DNA of 53,669 nucleotides from Myxococcales bacterium (GTDB lineage: Bacteria; Myxococcota; Myxococcia; Myxococcales; Anaeromyxobacteraceae). The translations under genes were made by a program, and so were the position numbers. The notes below the pieces were generated by a model, which was given only the letters and a program-made list of their open reading frames with translations, ran no database searches and was not told the origin of the DNA. The stretch spans positions 1 through 53,669 of the forward strand of contig JBBQEB010000005.1 in the NCBI GenBank assembly GCA_038320275.1, written 5' to 3'. Shown here in pieces: positions 1 to 9,819 of this stretch. Positions within the stretch are counted from its first letter, which is position 1. The number at the start of each line of letters is the position of its first letter.

Positions 1-242
1 GGCAGCCGATCGCCCTGGCGCAGCGCGTGGAGGCCCTCCGCCAGCGCGACGTCCGCCGCCCCCCGCGCCCGCGCCGCCCGCGCCAGGACCGTCTCGCAGA
101 CGTCCGCCTCCGGCTCCCCCCCGCGGAAGAGCACGTCCAGCTCCGCCGAGGTGAACGGCTCCAGCGCCACGATCGCCGCCGCACCGGTGGCGTTCCGGGC
201 CACGGCAGGACGGGCAGGGAACTCGGTGGGCGCGCGACGCAT
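1..242 (-). CDS. N-terminus (runs off window) of probable HNH endonuclease/DUF222-like protein of Anaeromyxobacter type
   Basis: Manual translation MRRAPTEFPARPAV...VLARAARARGAADVALAEGLHALRQGDRL; GAGGA RBS 8 nt upstream; family call is from recalled similarity only. Confidence 0.5.
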   Translation of the reverse strand, partial: MRRAPTEFPARPAVARNATGAAAIVALEPFTSAELDVLFRGGEPEADVCETVLARAARARGAADVALAEGLHALRQGDRL

Positions 243-343
243 CGTGAACATCCTCACACGCAACTCTGACAGTGCGGGTCGCGTAAAACGCGCAAATGTC
301 GCGCAAATGACCCGCGAACTGGGGCCGCCTCGAACCGCCGACC

Positions 344-590
344 ATGTCACCCATCTGGACCACCATCGTTGGCTTCATGGCCGGCGTCCTCGCGAAGCTC
401 GTCCACCCAGGTCGGGAGAATACGGGCTTCCTCGTGACGCCCCGCTTCGCATCGGCGGCTCGCTCCTCTCAGGCGACATCCGCTACGTGCAGGCTGGTGC
501 CCGGCCCCTGCCACCCCGCGGGCTCCATCGGGTCGGTCGCAGGGGCGCTGGTGCTACTCTTCATCGACGGCCCGGTGACAAGGCGAGCGC
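344..590 (+). pseudogene. Frameshifted GlsB/YeaQ/YmgE (transglycosylase-associated) small membrane protein
   Basis: MSPIWTTIVGFMAGVLAKLVHPGRENTGFLVT, then IGGSLL in another frame, then GSIGSVAGALVLLFI back in the first frame; end approximate. Confidence 0.6.
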
Positions 591-656
591 GACGTCGCTG
601 CGCCGACCAGCGCTCTGTACTCCTTGTTCTGACGTATCGAATGGTCGAGGCTCGCC

Positions 657-1025
657 ATGGTCAGGTTCCAGATTCGGTTCGATGCGGCGTACCGAGCGCT
701 GTCGACGGTCCTGCTCCTGTTGCCGTCCGACTCGTTTCTGGAGGTTGACGGCGACGAGGTGCGGGTTCGCATGGGCTGGGGGTTCCGAACGCGCTTCCCC
801 AGCTCGGCCGTGGTCTCGGCCACCGAGTACACCGAGAAGCCCATCAGTCGCGGCATCCATGGGTGGGCGGGGCGATGGCTCGTGAACGGCTCCGGCGACG
901 GCATCGTCAGCATTGCCCTGGCGCCAATCCAGCGCGGCTACGTCATGGGATTTCCGGTGCGGCTGAAGACGTTGCTTGTGAGCGTCGAGGACCCGGCCGG
1001 CGTGAGGGCCTCCCTCGCTGGGTGA
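657..1025 (+). CDS. Hypothetical protein (possible PH-like fold)
   Basis: 122-aa ORF with protein-like composition (GWGFR, GIHGWAGRWLVNGS). Confidence 0.7.
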   Translation: MVRFQIRFDAAYRALSTVLLLLPSDSFLEVDGDEVRVRMGWGFRTRFPSSAVVSATEYTEKPISRGIHGWAGRWLVNGSGDGIVSIALAPIQRGYVMGFPVRLKTLLVSVEDPAGVRASLAG

Positions 1026-1104
1026 AGCGCCCGGGACACGGGACAATTCCTCCTACGGTCGATGGGGGGCGCGCCGCTGCCGTGCCTCGTAGTCCTACGC
1101 TTTT

Positions 1105-1911
1105 CTACGGCAAGAGCGCCTCGCTCACGGCCTGCCGCATGACCTCCGCGAGCACGTCGAGCGAGCCGCTCGTCTCCGTGCTCGTCACGAGCATCGTCCC
1201 CGTCGCGGAGCGCGATCCGCTGTCCGCCAGGAACGGCAGCGGCCGGCGGCCCAGCCTGAGCAACCGTTCGTCGTAAAACGCCCCCTTGGCCTTCTCGTGA
1301 ATCCGACGGGCGAGCTCAGCCATGTTCTCCGTGCTGGATGGCCGCATGCCGCGCCCCAGGCACGAGAAGTCTACATGGCGCACCGAGAGCAGCACCGTCC
1401 GACCGTCACTCACGTAGACGAGCACGACCTGCTCGGTGGTCTCCTCCGAGGACCGCGTGGTCTTGGTGGCAGTGTGGGTCATCTTCAGCCCACCGGTCGC
1501 AATGGCAGTGGCCACGGAAAAGCGCTTCGTCTTCGCGCTGCGCTCGACCTCCAATCGTGTAGCACGCTGCCCCCGGAAGACTGCCACGACCTCCGGCCAG
1601 ACCATTCCAACTTCGGGACCGGACCTCGGCCTGAAGGTCGCGCCGCCGTCGGTCAGGGTGAACGACCGCGCGATGATGCGGTCCTTGTCCGAGGGCACGT
1701 GCTCATCCACCAGGACTGCCGCGATCCCGACCTGCCGGAGGGCACGACCAAGCGCGCCGGCCGGCAGGGGTTCCAGCCGCGCGATGAGCGCAGGCGGTTC
1801 CGGTGCCATCCGCATTCGGGCCTCGGCCAGCGTGAGGCCAAGGGCGCCGGCCATGGCCTTCGCCGCCTCCTCGGGTCGCGCTGGCGCGCGCACGATGGCC
1901 ACGAACGTCAT
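1105..1911 (-). CDS. Hypothetical protein
   Basis: ORF from MTFVAIVRAP, GC3-biased codons. Confidence 0.7.
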   Translation of the reverse strand: MTFVAIVRAPARPEEAAKAMAGALGLTLAEARMRMAPEPPALIARLEPLPAGALGRALRQVGIAAVLVDEHVPSDKDRIIARSFTLTDGGATFRPRSGPEVGMVWPEVVAVFRGQRATRLEVERSAKTKRFSVATAIATGGLKMTHTATKTTRSSEETTEQVVLVYVSDGRTVLLSVRHVDFSCLGRGMRPSSTENMAELARRIHEKAKGAFYDERLLRLGRRPLPFLADSGSRSATGTMLVTSTETSGSLDVLAEVMRQAVSEALLP

Positions 1912-2153
1912 GGGGTGGTCGTAGTCGGTGGACGGGGCCCGGGCTCGCTGCGCGCACCTTGGTCGGGAATCGCGCTCCGCGGCCCTCAACCGGCTCGCCC
2001 CGTGAGGGCGAGAACAGCGTCAAGGTGAAGGGCGGGGCATCGGCGCTACGAGGGCGCCGCTGGAGCCAGCATCGACGCGCCGCGTGCAGCTCCCTTCCGC
2101 GCGAGAAGGGCCTGACCCGCGGGCCCTCTCACGCGATGCAGGATCACTCGACG

Positions 2154-2630
2154 TCAGGCCGCCGCCTTCACTCCATCGTCCTGCATCACGGACTTGATGA
2201 GGTCGGCGGCGTCGGGCCCCTGCTGAGCCGAGGAGCCCGAGATCTGCTGCGTGGCGTATTGCTGCACTTTGTGATGTCCACCGCCATGGTGGCCGTGACC
2301 GCCGCCAGTCTTCAGCACCGACATGTCGCCCGACTTCGACGCCTGCTCGAACTTGTCAGCCAGCTTGTCGAGGGCCGCGCCCTTCGTGCCGCCGAGGCTG
2401 CTCGCCTCGTCGTGGAGCTTCGTCGCGATGTCCGCAGTGACCCGCTTGAACTTCGCCGGGTCCGACTTCTCGAGGTCCGAAAGGGCGCTCATCTGCTTCG
2501 CACGATCCGAGACCTTGGGTGTCGTCGCAGGCCCGCTCGTGTCCGCAGACAACGTAGCCTGCGCTCTCGCCTGGGCGACGGAGTCGATGTCGAGGATGCT
2601 GCTCGAGCTACCAACGCTGCTGATGTCCAT
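2154..2630 (-). CDS. Hypothetical Ser/Ala/Lys-rich protein with His-rich patch
   Basis: MDISSVGSSSS start with AGAAAGG RBS; GGGHGHHGGGHH motif. Confidence 0.7.
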   Translation of the reverse strand: MDISSVGSSSSILDIDSVAQARAQATLSADTSGPATTPKVSDRAKQMSALSDLEKSDPAKFKRVTADIATKLHDEASSLGGTKGAALDKLADKFEQASKSGDMSVLKTGGGHGHHGGGHHKVQQYATQQISGSSAQQGPDAADLIKSVMQDDGVKAAA

Positions 2631-2948
2631 GTCGAAGTTGCCTTTCTGTCTCCCTGCGTCCGACTGCCAAAGCAAGAGGCGGTCCAAAAGGATATTGCGG
2701 AAATCCGATGGGTTGGAGGTGTGGGGTGTCTGGGGTGGGTCGGTTCGGCCGACCCGCGTCGGGCATGTGCCGGCCATGTCCTCCCCCTGGGCCTGCGCGT
2801 CTCGCTGCGGCGGCTCACACCGCCGAGCACGCCCCCACTGGCAGGACGTAGAGACCGAGGGCACCGTCGGCTAGGACTGGGTCTTGCGTGTCGAGTCGAC
2901 TACGGTCCCGATCCTGCGCGAGACGATGCTGACACCGCGGCTCAGGAG

Positions 2949-3488
2949 ATGGCCGCCCAGCACCCATCGATCATCGCGGCGCGCCTGCGAATCCCCGAGC
3001 TGTCGTCCCTCTTCGCGGATGCCGTGCCGTACGTCCCCGCTGTCCGCTTCGAGGAGCGCCACACCATCGACCTTGGCGATCGCCAGGTCGAAGTGCGCCA
3101 CCTCGGGCCGGGCCACACCCAGGGAGACGCGGTCGTCCTCTTTCCATCGGAAGACACCGTCGCGTGCGGCGACCTCGTATTCGCGGGGTACCACTTCAAC
3201 TACGAGGAAGCGGACGCGGCCGTGCTCCCTCGGCGGCTCGAGGAGCTCGCGGCTCTGCCCGCCTCGCGCTTCATCCCTGGCCACGGCCCCCCCGGCGGGC
3301 GCGAGATCCTCGAGGAGCAGGCCCGCTATCACGCGGAGGTCGCGCGCATCGTCCGTTCCGCGGCGAGTCCCGCCGCGGCGCGCGCCGCCATCGATGCCTC
3401 CTTCCCAGGCTGCGCACTTGCGGAAGCGATGTCGACGGCGATCTCGGCCTTCGGCGGGGCGAAGGGCGGCGGCCCGTCCTGGCCGTGA
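2949..3488 (+). pseudogene. N-terminally truncated MBL-fold (cyclase-like) metallo-hydrolase
   Basis: GPGHTQGD, GDLVF and IPGHG motifs present; no HxHxDH motif upstream in frame. Confidence 0.65.
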
Positions 3489-3745
3489 CGTTCCCCCTTG
3501 CGGGGAGGGAGCAGGCGACCACCAGGCTAGGCCGGACTCGGGGCGACGTCGAGAGGCCGGCCGGCTCGCTTTCACCTCGGGGCGCATGAGCCGATGATGA
3601 GTCGAGGTCGAGCCCGCGGCGCCTCTGGCTGGGCCCCGACCGTGTGAAGGAACGCGAAGGTCCCGGGGCGCATCGAATCGGCGGTCGGGGACGTCCGTAT
3701 CTTGGGGAAGCGAAGAGGAACTCCAATGCAACCGGGAGGATCGTC

Positions 3746-4342
3746 ATGAACCGTTTTCCGAAGCTGGCCCGAGCCGCCGCGCTGGCCGCTGCATTCAGCT
3801 TTTTCCTACCGGCGCTCGCCGCTGCGCAGGCCAACGACCCGGCGCCCGGCGTCACGCCGCCCTCGTCGGCACCCACGGAGCTGCCGCCACCCCCGCCGCC
3901 CCCGGTTGGTGCGCCAGCCCCTCTTCCGCCACAGGCCCAGGCGCCCGCTCCGGCACCGCGACCGCCGCCCGGCTCGTGGGTCTACGCGCAGCAGTATGGA
4001 TGGCTGTGGATGCCATACGACGCGTCCTACAGCTATGTGCCGCCAAGCGGTGCGGGCGAGCCACTCGCCTACGTCTACTACCCCGCCTTCGGATGGCGCT
4101 GGGTGGCCGCGCCGTGGGTGTGGGGCGTCGGACCGTGGCCGTCCTTCGGCGCGCGCGGCCCGAGGCCGTTCTCCTGGTACGGCCGCGGCTACTGGAGGAC
4201 GCCCAATCGGTGGCGCTACACGCCCGCTCCCCTGCGCGGCGACCCGGTGGTCCACCAGCGCGGAGTGCGCGAAGCGCCAGTTCGCGCCGTTCGTCGAGAT
4301 CGCGCTCGGGGTCGCGAGCGCGAGCATGGCGAGCGTCGGTAG
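3746..4342 (+). CDS. Secreted Pro-rich, Trp/Tyr-rich hypothetical protein
   Basis: Signal peptide MNRFPKLARAAALAAAF..AAA-Q, GGGAGG RBS, poly-Pro, YGWLWMPY/GWRWVAAPWVWG. Confidence 0.75.
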   Translation: MNRFPKLARAAALAAAFSFFLPALAAAQANDPAPGVTPPSSAPTELPPPPPPPVGAPAPLPPQAQAPAPAPRPPPGSWVYAQQYGWLWMPYDASYSYVPPSGAGEPLAYVYYPAFGWRWVAAPWVWGVGPWPSFGARGPRPFSWYGRGYWRTPNRWRYTPAPLRGDPVVHQRGVREAPVRAVRRDRARGREREHGERR

Positions 4343-4749
4343 TCGAGGGCTCCCGGTCGCCCCGCGCCATGGTCGCCTTTTGGCCGAGGCAAATCCGGCC
4401 TCGAGGTTGGAGGCGCTCCACTTGGAATCTGTCGACGATTCGGGCACGGGCGCAATCGCCGACAAGTGCACAACATCCATGAAGCAAGGATGATCGGTGA
4501 GTGCTCCGCCCGTCCTCAAACGGCGAGGAAGCAGTGCTTCACGGCGGTGGACGCCGTGAAGAGCGTGCGCTCCCTGCTCGAGCGCCAGGCCGCTCGGCCG
4601 GCGTAGTGAGGGCTGGTGCGCTTCAGGCGATCGCGGCCCTCGATTGGGGTGATGTGTTCGGACGGCGAGTCGATGAGTGATTGACGCTACGCAGCAGCGG
4701 GCGTTCGGTGGAACCACGCAGCATTTCAAGTGTGAAAGAGGAGCCTTCC

Positions 4750-5352
4750 ATGACGCGACGCCTTCTTCTTGGTTCGGTGGCACTGACACTCCTCGCAGCA
4801 GGCTGCGCGCACGCGGCGCCTGAGCAAGCTGCTGCTCGACCGAAGACCGCGGTCGCGCCGGCTGCGAACCATGACGCCAAGATGGCGATGTGTCCCATGG
4901 ATGTCCCCGGAACCCAGATCTCGGCGGTGGACACTGTGAGCGGCGAGTCGCTGACCTTCACCACGACGCCCGATCGGGCCGCCGAGCTTCAGAGACGCGT
5001 CCACGGCATGGCGGACATGCACAACCAACATCACGCGGCTGGCGGCATGATGGGCGGTTCAATGCACGAAGGGATGATGGGCAATGCCGGGGCGGGCGGG
5101 ACGATGGGCGGTTCGATGCACGAAGGGATGATGGGCCATGCCGGGGCGGGCGGGACGACGGGTGGGACCAGCGGGATGATGATGCCGCCTCCCTCGCACA
5201 CAGCGGTCGTCGACCTTCCGAATGGCGCGCGGGTCGACGTGACGCCGGAGGCCCCCGCGGATCTCGAGAGGCTTCAGTCCGCTGTCCGCCAGCACGCCCA
5301 GCACATGCAGCAGTCTGGGTGCGGGATGATGCATCACCCCCAGGGAAGCTGA
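4750..5352 (+). CDS. Lipoprotein with Met/His/Gly-rich putative metal-binding region
   Basis: GAGGAG RBS, lipobox LAAGC, MHNQHH and repeated GGSMHEGMMG. Confidence 0.75.
   Translation: MTRRLLLGSVALTLLAAGCAHAAPEQAAARPKTAVAPAANHDAKMAMCPMDVPGTQISAVDTVSGESLTFTTTPDRAAELQRRVHGMADMHNQHHAAGGMMGGSMHEGMMGNAGAGGTMGGSMHEGMMGHAGAGGTTGGTSGMMMPPPSHTAVVDLPNGARVDVTPEAPADLERLQSAVRQHAQHMQQSGCGMMHHPQGS
5050..5157 (+). repeat. Tandem 54-bp duplication within lipoprotein gene (MGGSMHEGMMG[N/H]AGAGGT x2)
   Basis: Units 5050-5103 and 5104-5157 differ at 2 positions. Confidence 0.9.
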
Positions 5353-5488
5353 AGACTCCTGGTCGAAGCGCGGCGCCCCGGCGTCGATCACCACGAGGCC
5401 ATCTTCCGTTTCAGGATTCCGCCGGGCCGGACACGCTCACCCGCAGGAGAACGATTGCCTGCGCTCTCGATGGATTGGAGCACACGTC

Positions 5489-6544
5489 ATGAAGGCACTC
5501 GTCTATCTCGGGCCCGGCGAAAAGGCATGGCAGGACACCCCAAACCCCAAGCTGCAGCATCCGACCGATGTCGTCGTGAAGATCGAGACGACGACGATCT
5601 GCGGCAGCGACCTGCACATCCTCAAGGGCGACGTGCCGGCGGTGAAGAAGGGACGCGTGCTCGGACATGAAGGCGTGGGCCTCGTCACAGAGGTGGGCGC
5701 CGCCGTATCGACCCTCGCGGTCGGCGACCGGATCCTCCTCTCCTGCATCAAATCGTGCGGGCGCTGCGCCTTCTGCAAGCAGGCGCTCTACGCGCACTGC
5801 CTCGGCGACGAGGGCGCGGTCGGCATCGGCTGGGTGTTTGGCCATCTCATCGACGGCACCCAGGCCGAGTTCGTGCGCGTGCCGTACGCCGAGACTTCGA
5901 CGTACAAGATCCCCAAGGAGGTGAGCAACCAGCAAGCGGTGATGCTGGCGGACATCCTGCCCACGGGATTCGAGATCGGCGTGCAGAACGGCCACACCAA
6001 GCCCGGCGACGTGCTCGCGGTCGTGGGCGCGGGGCCGGTCGGCCTCGCCGCGATGCTGACTGCCGGGCTCTACGGCCCGTCGAAGGTCATCGCCATCGAT
6101 CTCGACACAAACCGCCTCGAGCAGGCGCGGAAGTTCGGCGCTACCGACTGCGTCAACTCCGGCGACGCCGACTGGAAGGCGCAGGTGATGGCGCTGACCG
6201 ACGGTTACGGCGTGGACGTCTCCATCGAGGCCGTGGGTCTGCCCGCGACCTTCGAGATGGCGACGCAGATCGTCCGCCCCGGCGGCCACGTGGCGAATGT
6301 CGGCGTGCACGGCAAGCCGGTGCAGCTGCGGCTGCAGGACCTCTGGATCCACAACATCAGCATCAGCATGGGCCTCGTGAACACGAACACGCTGCCGATG
6401 CTGCTCAAGCTGGTGACCCAGGGAAGGCTCGACGTGGACGAGTTCATCACGCACCACTTCAAGCTGAAGGACATGATCGCGGCCTACGACACGTTCAGCC
6501 GCGCAGCGGAGACGAAGGCGCTGAAGGTCGTGATCGACGCGTGA
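5489..6544 (+). CDS. Zinc-dependent alcohol dehydrogenase (MDR, FDH-like)
   Basis: CGSD, GHEG, CxxCxxC structural Zn site, GAGPVG Rossmann motif. Confidence 0.93.
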   Translation: MKALVYLGPGEKAWQDTPNPKLQHPTDVVVKIETTTICGSDLHILKGDVPAVKKGRVLGHEGVGLVTEVGAAVSTLAVGDRILLSCIKSCGRCAFCKQALYAHCLGDEGAVGIGWVFGHLIDGTQAEFVRVPYAETSTYKIPKEVSNQQAVMLADILPTGFEIGVQNGHTKPGDVLAVVGAGPVGLAAMLTAGLYGPSKVIAIDLDTNRLEQARKFGATDCVNSGDADWKAQVMALTDGYGVDVSIEAVGLPATFEMATQIVRPGGHVANVGVHGKPVQLRLQDLWIHNISISMGLVNTNTLPMLLKLVTQGRLDVDEFITHHFKLKDMIAAYDTFSRAAETKALKVVIDA

Positions 6545-6754
6545 TGGATGCACAGGGGGACGGGCCTGCGCGGGTCAGCTGTGGTCAGCATGCCGGATCG
6601 ATCGCGCTTCACGACTGGAACAGCTTCGACACCCGGTCGAGCGAACGCTGGGTGTAGACGGACCCAACAGGGCTCGCTCGCCGGCCACCTCTGCGCGTCA
6701 GATCACGTGTCCGCATTCCGCTGTGGGCGGGATGGCTCTCACCGCGGAGGCGTC

Positions 6755-8080
6755 ATGGGTTCGTTCGGGCTGCAGGGTCTCGCCGGAGCGCTCGCCGTCG
6801 CCGCGGCGCTCGCTGCCGCCGCGTGCGGCGGCTCGTCGGGCTCGCCGAGCTCCTCCGGTTCCCCGGACGGCTCGACGTCGGTGGACGGCGGCAATAACAC
6901 GCCCGTGACAGTCACCGTCGTCGGCAAGGTCCTCGCGTACGATGGGCGCGCCGGAGCCTTCCTGCCCGTGATGGTGAACGGTGCGAAGACCTCGACGGAC
7001 GGCAGCGGCAACTTCAGCCTTGGCGACGTGACCGCGCCGTACGAGCTGGTCGTGCTCGACGCGACCCAGAAGACCGCCTACGTGTATCAGGGCCTCACCC
7101 GGCCGAACCCCATCGTGCTCGTGTTCCTCGCGCCGTCCTCCACCACGACTCGGACGGCCACCATCACATGGTCGTTCACGAACTTCACCACCACCGCGCC
7201 GCCGGCCGGGCAGTTCGCAGATGGCCAGCTGGGCTGCGCCGGGTCCGAGGTGAGCGTCAACTGCGGCGTGTCGGGGTCGGTCGGCACCGCGCCGTACGAT
7301 GACACCGTGAACTGGGCCGGCCCGCAATCCTTCCGAACCACTTTCTACGCACTGCAAGCCTACAAGAGCTCGCGGAACGTGGTGACCACCTTCAACCGCT
7401 TCGGCCGGTATGACGGCCAGGTCACGGAGGGTCAAAAGAACGCGGCGCCGATCGCCTTCCAGGCGATCACGAGCAAGGTGCTCGGAGGGACCATCTCCGT
7501 CGCCCCGGGCTCGACGCTCGTGAACCGCACGCTGGGGTTCGTGGCGTCGGGCGAGCAGCTCTACCCGTTCTCGTTCGAGTCCGAGCCCACCGTCGGCATC
7601 GCCCCGAGCTTCACCTGGGCATCGCCAGTCGTCGTCGGGCTGGACCTCTGCCTCACGGCGACGAGCAAGAAGGGGGACGCGTCGGTCCATGCGACGCTCG
7701 CGCCGGTTGCTCCGGACAACACCGCGATCAGCCTCGCGTTGCCGGCACCCGTCGAGCCCGTCGAGCCCGCCGCGAACGCAGTCGGCGTCACTGGCGCCAC
7801 CACCTTCGCCTGGTCCACGTTCGCGGGCGGCACCTACTCCGTCTCCATCGCGCCGTCGGTGCCGGGCCCCCTCTCGTACGCCATCTACACGGATCGCACG
7901 GACGCGAAGCTCCCTGACCTCTCGTCGCTCGGGTACCCGCTGCCGAAGGGTGTCGCCTTCCGGTGGAGCGTGAGCGCCCAGGCGCCCGCGACCGTGGACT
8001 CACTCCTGCAGGGTGTCGCGTTGCGGCAGGCGGCTCAATCGAGTTACTCCGGGCAGCGGCCCTTCACGACCGCTCCCTGA
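6755..8080 (+). CDS. Ser/Thr-rich beta-sandwich lipoprotein, hypothetical
   Basis: GGAGG RBS, lipobox AAAC-GGSS, Ig/carboxypeptidase-regulatory-like N-terminal segment. Confidence 0.75.
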   Translation: MGSFGLQGLAGALAVAAALAAAACGGSSGSPSSSGSPDGSTSVDGGNNTPVTVTVVGKVLAYDGRAGAFLPVMVNGAKTSTDGSGNFSLGDVTAPYELVVLDATQKTAYVYQGLTRPNPIVLVFLAPSSTTTRTATITWSFTNFTTTAPPAGQFADGQLGCAGSEVSVNCGVSGSVGTAPYDDTVNWAGPQSFRTTFYALQAYKSSRNVVTTFNRFGRYDGQVTEGQKNAAPIAFQAITSKVLGGTISVAPGSTLVNRTLGFVASGEQLYPFSFESEPTVGIAPSFTWASPVVVGLDLCLTATSKKGDASVHATLAPVAPDNTAISLALPAPVEPVEPAANAVGVTGATTFAWSTFAGGTYSVSIAPSVPGPLSYAIYTDRTDAKLPDLSSLGYPLPKGVAFRWSVSAQAPATVDSLLQGVALRQAAQSSYSGQRPFTTAP

Positions 8081-8245
8081 TCCTGCGGGCGGGCTCCGGC
8101 CAGACCGGATGCGGCACGCTTGCCGTCGCCGAACGTCACCTTCCCGGCGAGCACGCACCCGCGCATGCCGGGGCAGTACGCGCGGCAGGGGGCGGTCGCG
8201 GCCCCGCGCTCGAGCGGCACCGCCTCGCCCACGCGCAGTGCTCGG

Positions 8246-8788
8246 TCAGTGCCAGATCCCCTTCCCCGACGCGAGTTGCCGCCGGCACGAGTGATCGTCC
8301 AGAGGCACGACGTCCTGCAGCGCCTCCGCCATCCGGTCCCAGAAGCCCGGGTCGAGCCAGCGGAGGTCCTCGTGGCCGCCATCGCGGATCACGACGTGCC
8401 CCACCTCGTGCGCGAGGTCCGTCGCTTCAAGGCACACCTTGCTCGTACCGGCCCAGATCTCGATGTGGCCGCCGCCGAGCACCGGAACGCGCGTCGCCCT
8501 GCCGACGGTGACCACCTTCCCGTCCCTCGCGATCACGCGGTCGCGGAAGGTGATCGTCCATCCTTCCAGGTCCCCGGCGCGCCCTCCCCACACCTGCGCC
8601 ATGACCTTCGCTGCGGCGCTGGCACGCTCGGCCAGGTCCGGTTCGTCCAACCAGCGGTACCGCGCGCCGGGCACGGGGGCGTTCGCCGCCCTGCGCACCG
8701 CAAGCGGCCCGTGGCCGCAGCCGACGAGGGCGAGCACCGCCGCCGCCACGCCGGCTCGCACGAGAGATGGGCGCACGCGAGGCTTCAC
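8246..8788 (-). CDS. Lipoprotein with HExxH zincin-like motif
   Basis: GTG start, LALVGC lipobox, LAHEVGH. Confidence 0.6.
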   Translation of the reverse strand: MKPRVRPSLVRAGVAAAVLALVGCGHGPLAVRRAANAPVPGARYRWLDEPDLAERASAAAKVMAQVWGGRAGDLEGWTITFRDRVIARDGKVVTVGRATRVPVLGGGHIEIWAGTSKVCLEATDLAHEVGHVVIRDGGHEDLRWLDPGFWDRMAEALQDVVPLDDHSCRRQLASGKGIWH

Positions 8789-9032
8789 TAGCGCCTCACC
8801 CCCGACGGCGCCCACGGCTGTCCACGAGCGGTCGACCAAGTTGGTCGCGAGGACCCCGTGACCAGCGCGGCGAAGGTGAGCCCCCGCGCGGAAGCGATCG
8901 CGTGGTCGAGCGCGCCACCACGACCACGAGGAGCGTGGCGGCAAGGGCGGTGGAGATCGCTACTCCGCTACTCCACGAACATGCACCTCGACCTCGTGAC
9001 GCTGCGGAGCTGCTTGCGAATCCCGAACGTCG

Positions 9033-9200
9033 TCATGTGCAGTCTTCCTTCCGAGGGAGGTCGTCTTTGTCGCCTTCTTGGCGCGCCGACCGGCGCGGTG
9101 ATGGCACCGCTCAGGTGGGCACCCCCAACTTCGGCAGCACCCAGGTCTGCAGCACGATCCAGGCCGCGACGAAGACGACGAATACGAGCCAGTTATCCAT
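9033..9200 (-). CDS. Small single-TM protein, 29 aa to TGA at 9111-9113; 55 aa if TGA is read as Sec (candidate selenoprotein)
   Basis: MDNWLVFVVFVAAWIVLQTWVLPKLGVPT-TGA followed by CGCGCC-GGUC-GGCGCG hairpin; third gene of the trx operon; weak RBS. Confidence 0.5.
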
Positions 9201-9238
9201 GTTCGTAGGAGCCGGGCGCCGCGAGAAGGGTTCGTCGC

Positions 9239-9427
9239 CTACTTCCCGAGGAGCGTCCTGAACCAGGACCCTCGATCCGATGGGGACTCGGCCTTGGCGC
9301 CCTTCGGCTTTTCACGGCACCGGCACCGTTCGGCCAGCGGCACGTCGCCGAGCACCTCCTCCACATGCGCACCACAACCCGCGTACGTCGGTCGCCCGCA
9401 CTTCGAACACTGTACCCGCTGGCACAT
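9239..9427 (-). CDS. Small Cys-rich protein (62 aa)
   Basis: MCQRVQCSKCGRPTYAGCGAHVEEVL...CRC; TGATG coupling to thioredoxin stop. Confidence 0.8.
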   Translation of the reverse strand: MCQRVQCSKCGRPTYAGCGAHVEEVLGDVPLAERCRCREKPKGAKAESPSDRGSWFRTLLGK

Positions 9428-9819
9428 CAGGCGCCTCCTGACTTCTCGGCTCGGGGTGCTGTTCGGTCCTGCTCCTCGATGGTACGGCGTACCTCGTCCA
9501 TGTCGAGCGCCTTCACCTTTCGGACGAGCGTGTCGATCGCAGCGGCAGGGATCGCCCCGGGCTGGGCAACGAGCACCAGGCCGTCCCTCAGCACCACCAG
9601 CGTGGGAATGGCCCGGATCTCGAAAGCGGCGGATAGGCCTGGGTCGGCCTCGGTGTCGATCTTGCCGAACACGACGCCTGGATGGCGCTCGGCTGCAGCC
9701 TCGAAGACGGGTGCGAACGCGCGACACGGACCACACCAGGAGGCCCAGAAGTCGAGCAGAACGACGCCTTGCTCGATGGTTGCCGACAAGTTCCTCTCTG
9801 TCACCTGCACGGTTGCCAT
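9427..9819 (-). CDS. trxA: Thioredoxin
   Basis: DFWASWCGPC active site, cis-Pro IPT motif, GGAGG RBS. Confidence 0.9.
   Translation of the reverse strand: MATVQVTERNLSATIEQGVVLLDFWASWCGPCRAFAPVFEAAAERHPGVVFGKIDTEADPGLSAAFEIRAIPTLVVLRDGLVLVAQPGAIPAAAIDTLVRKVKALDMDEVRRTIEEQDRTAPRAEKSGGA

Noticed and set aside
5050..5157. Direct repeat as a CRISPR array
   Set aside because: Two adjacent in-frame coding units, no spacers, no cas genes
8790..9036. ORF starting at ATG 9036 (-) with a purine-rich RBS
   Set aside because: Stops after 22 codons; at most a remnant with no recognisable family
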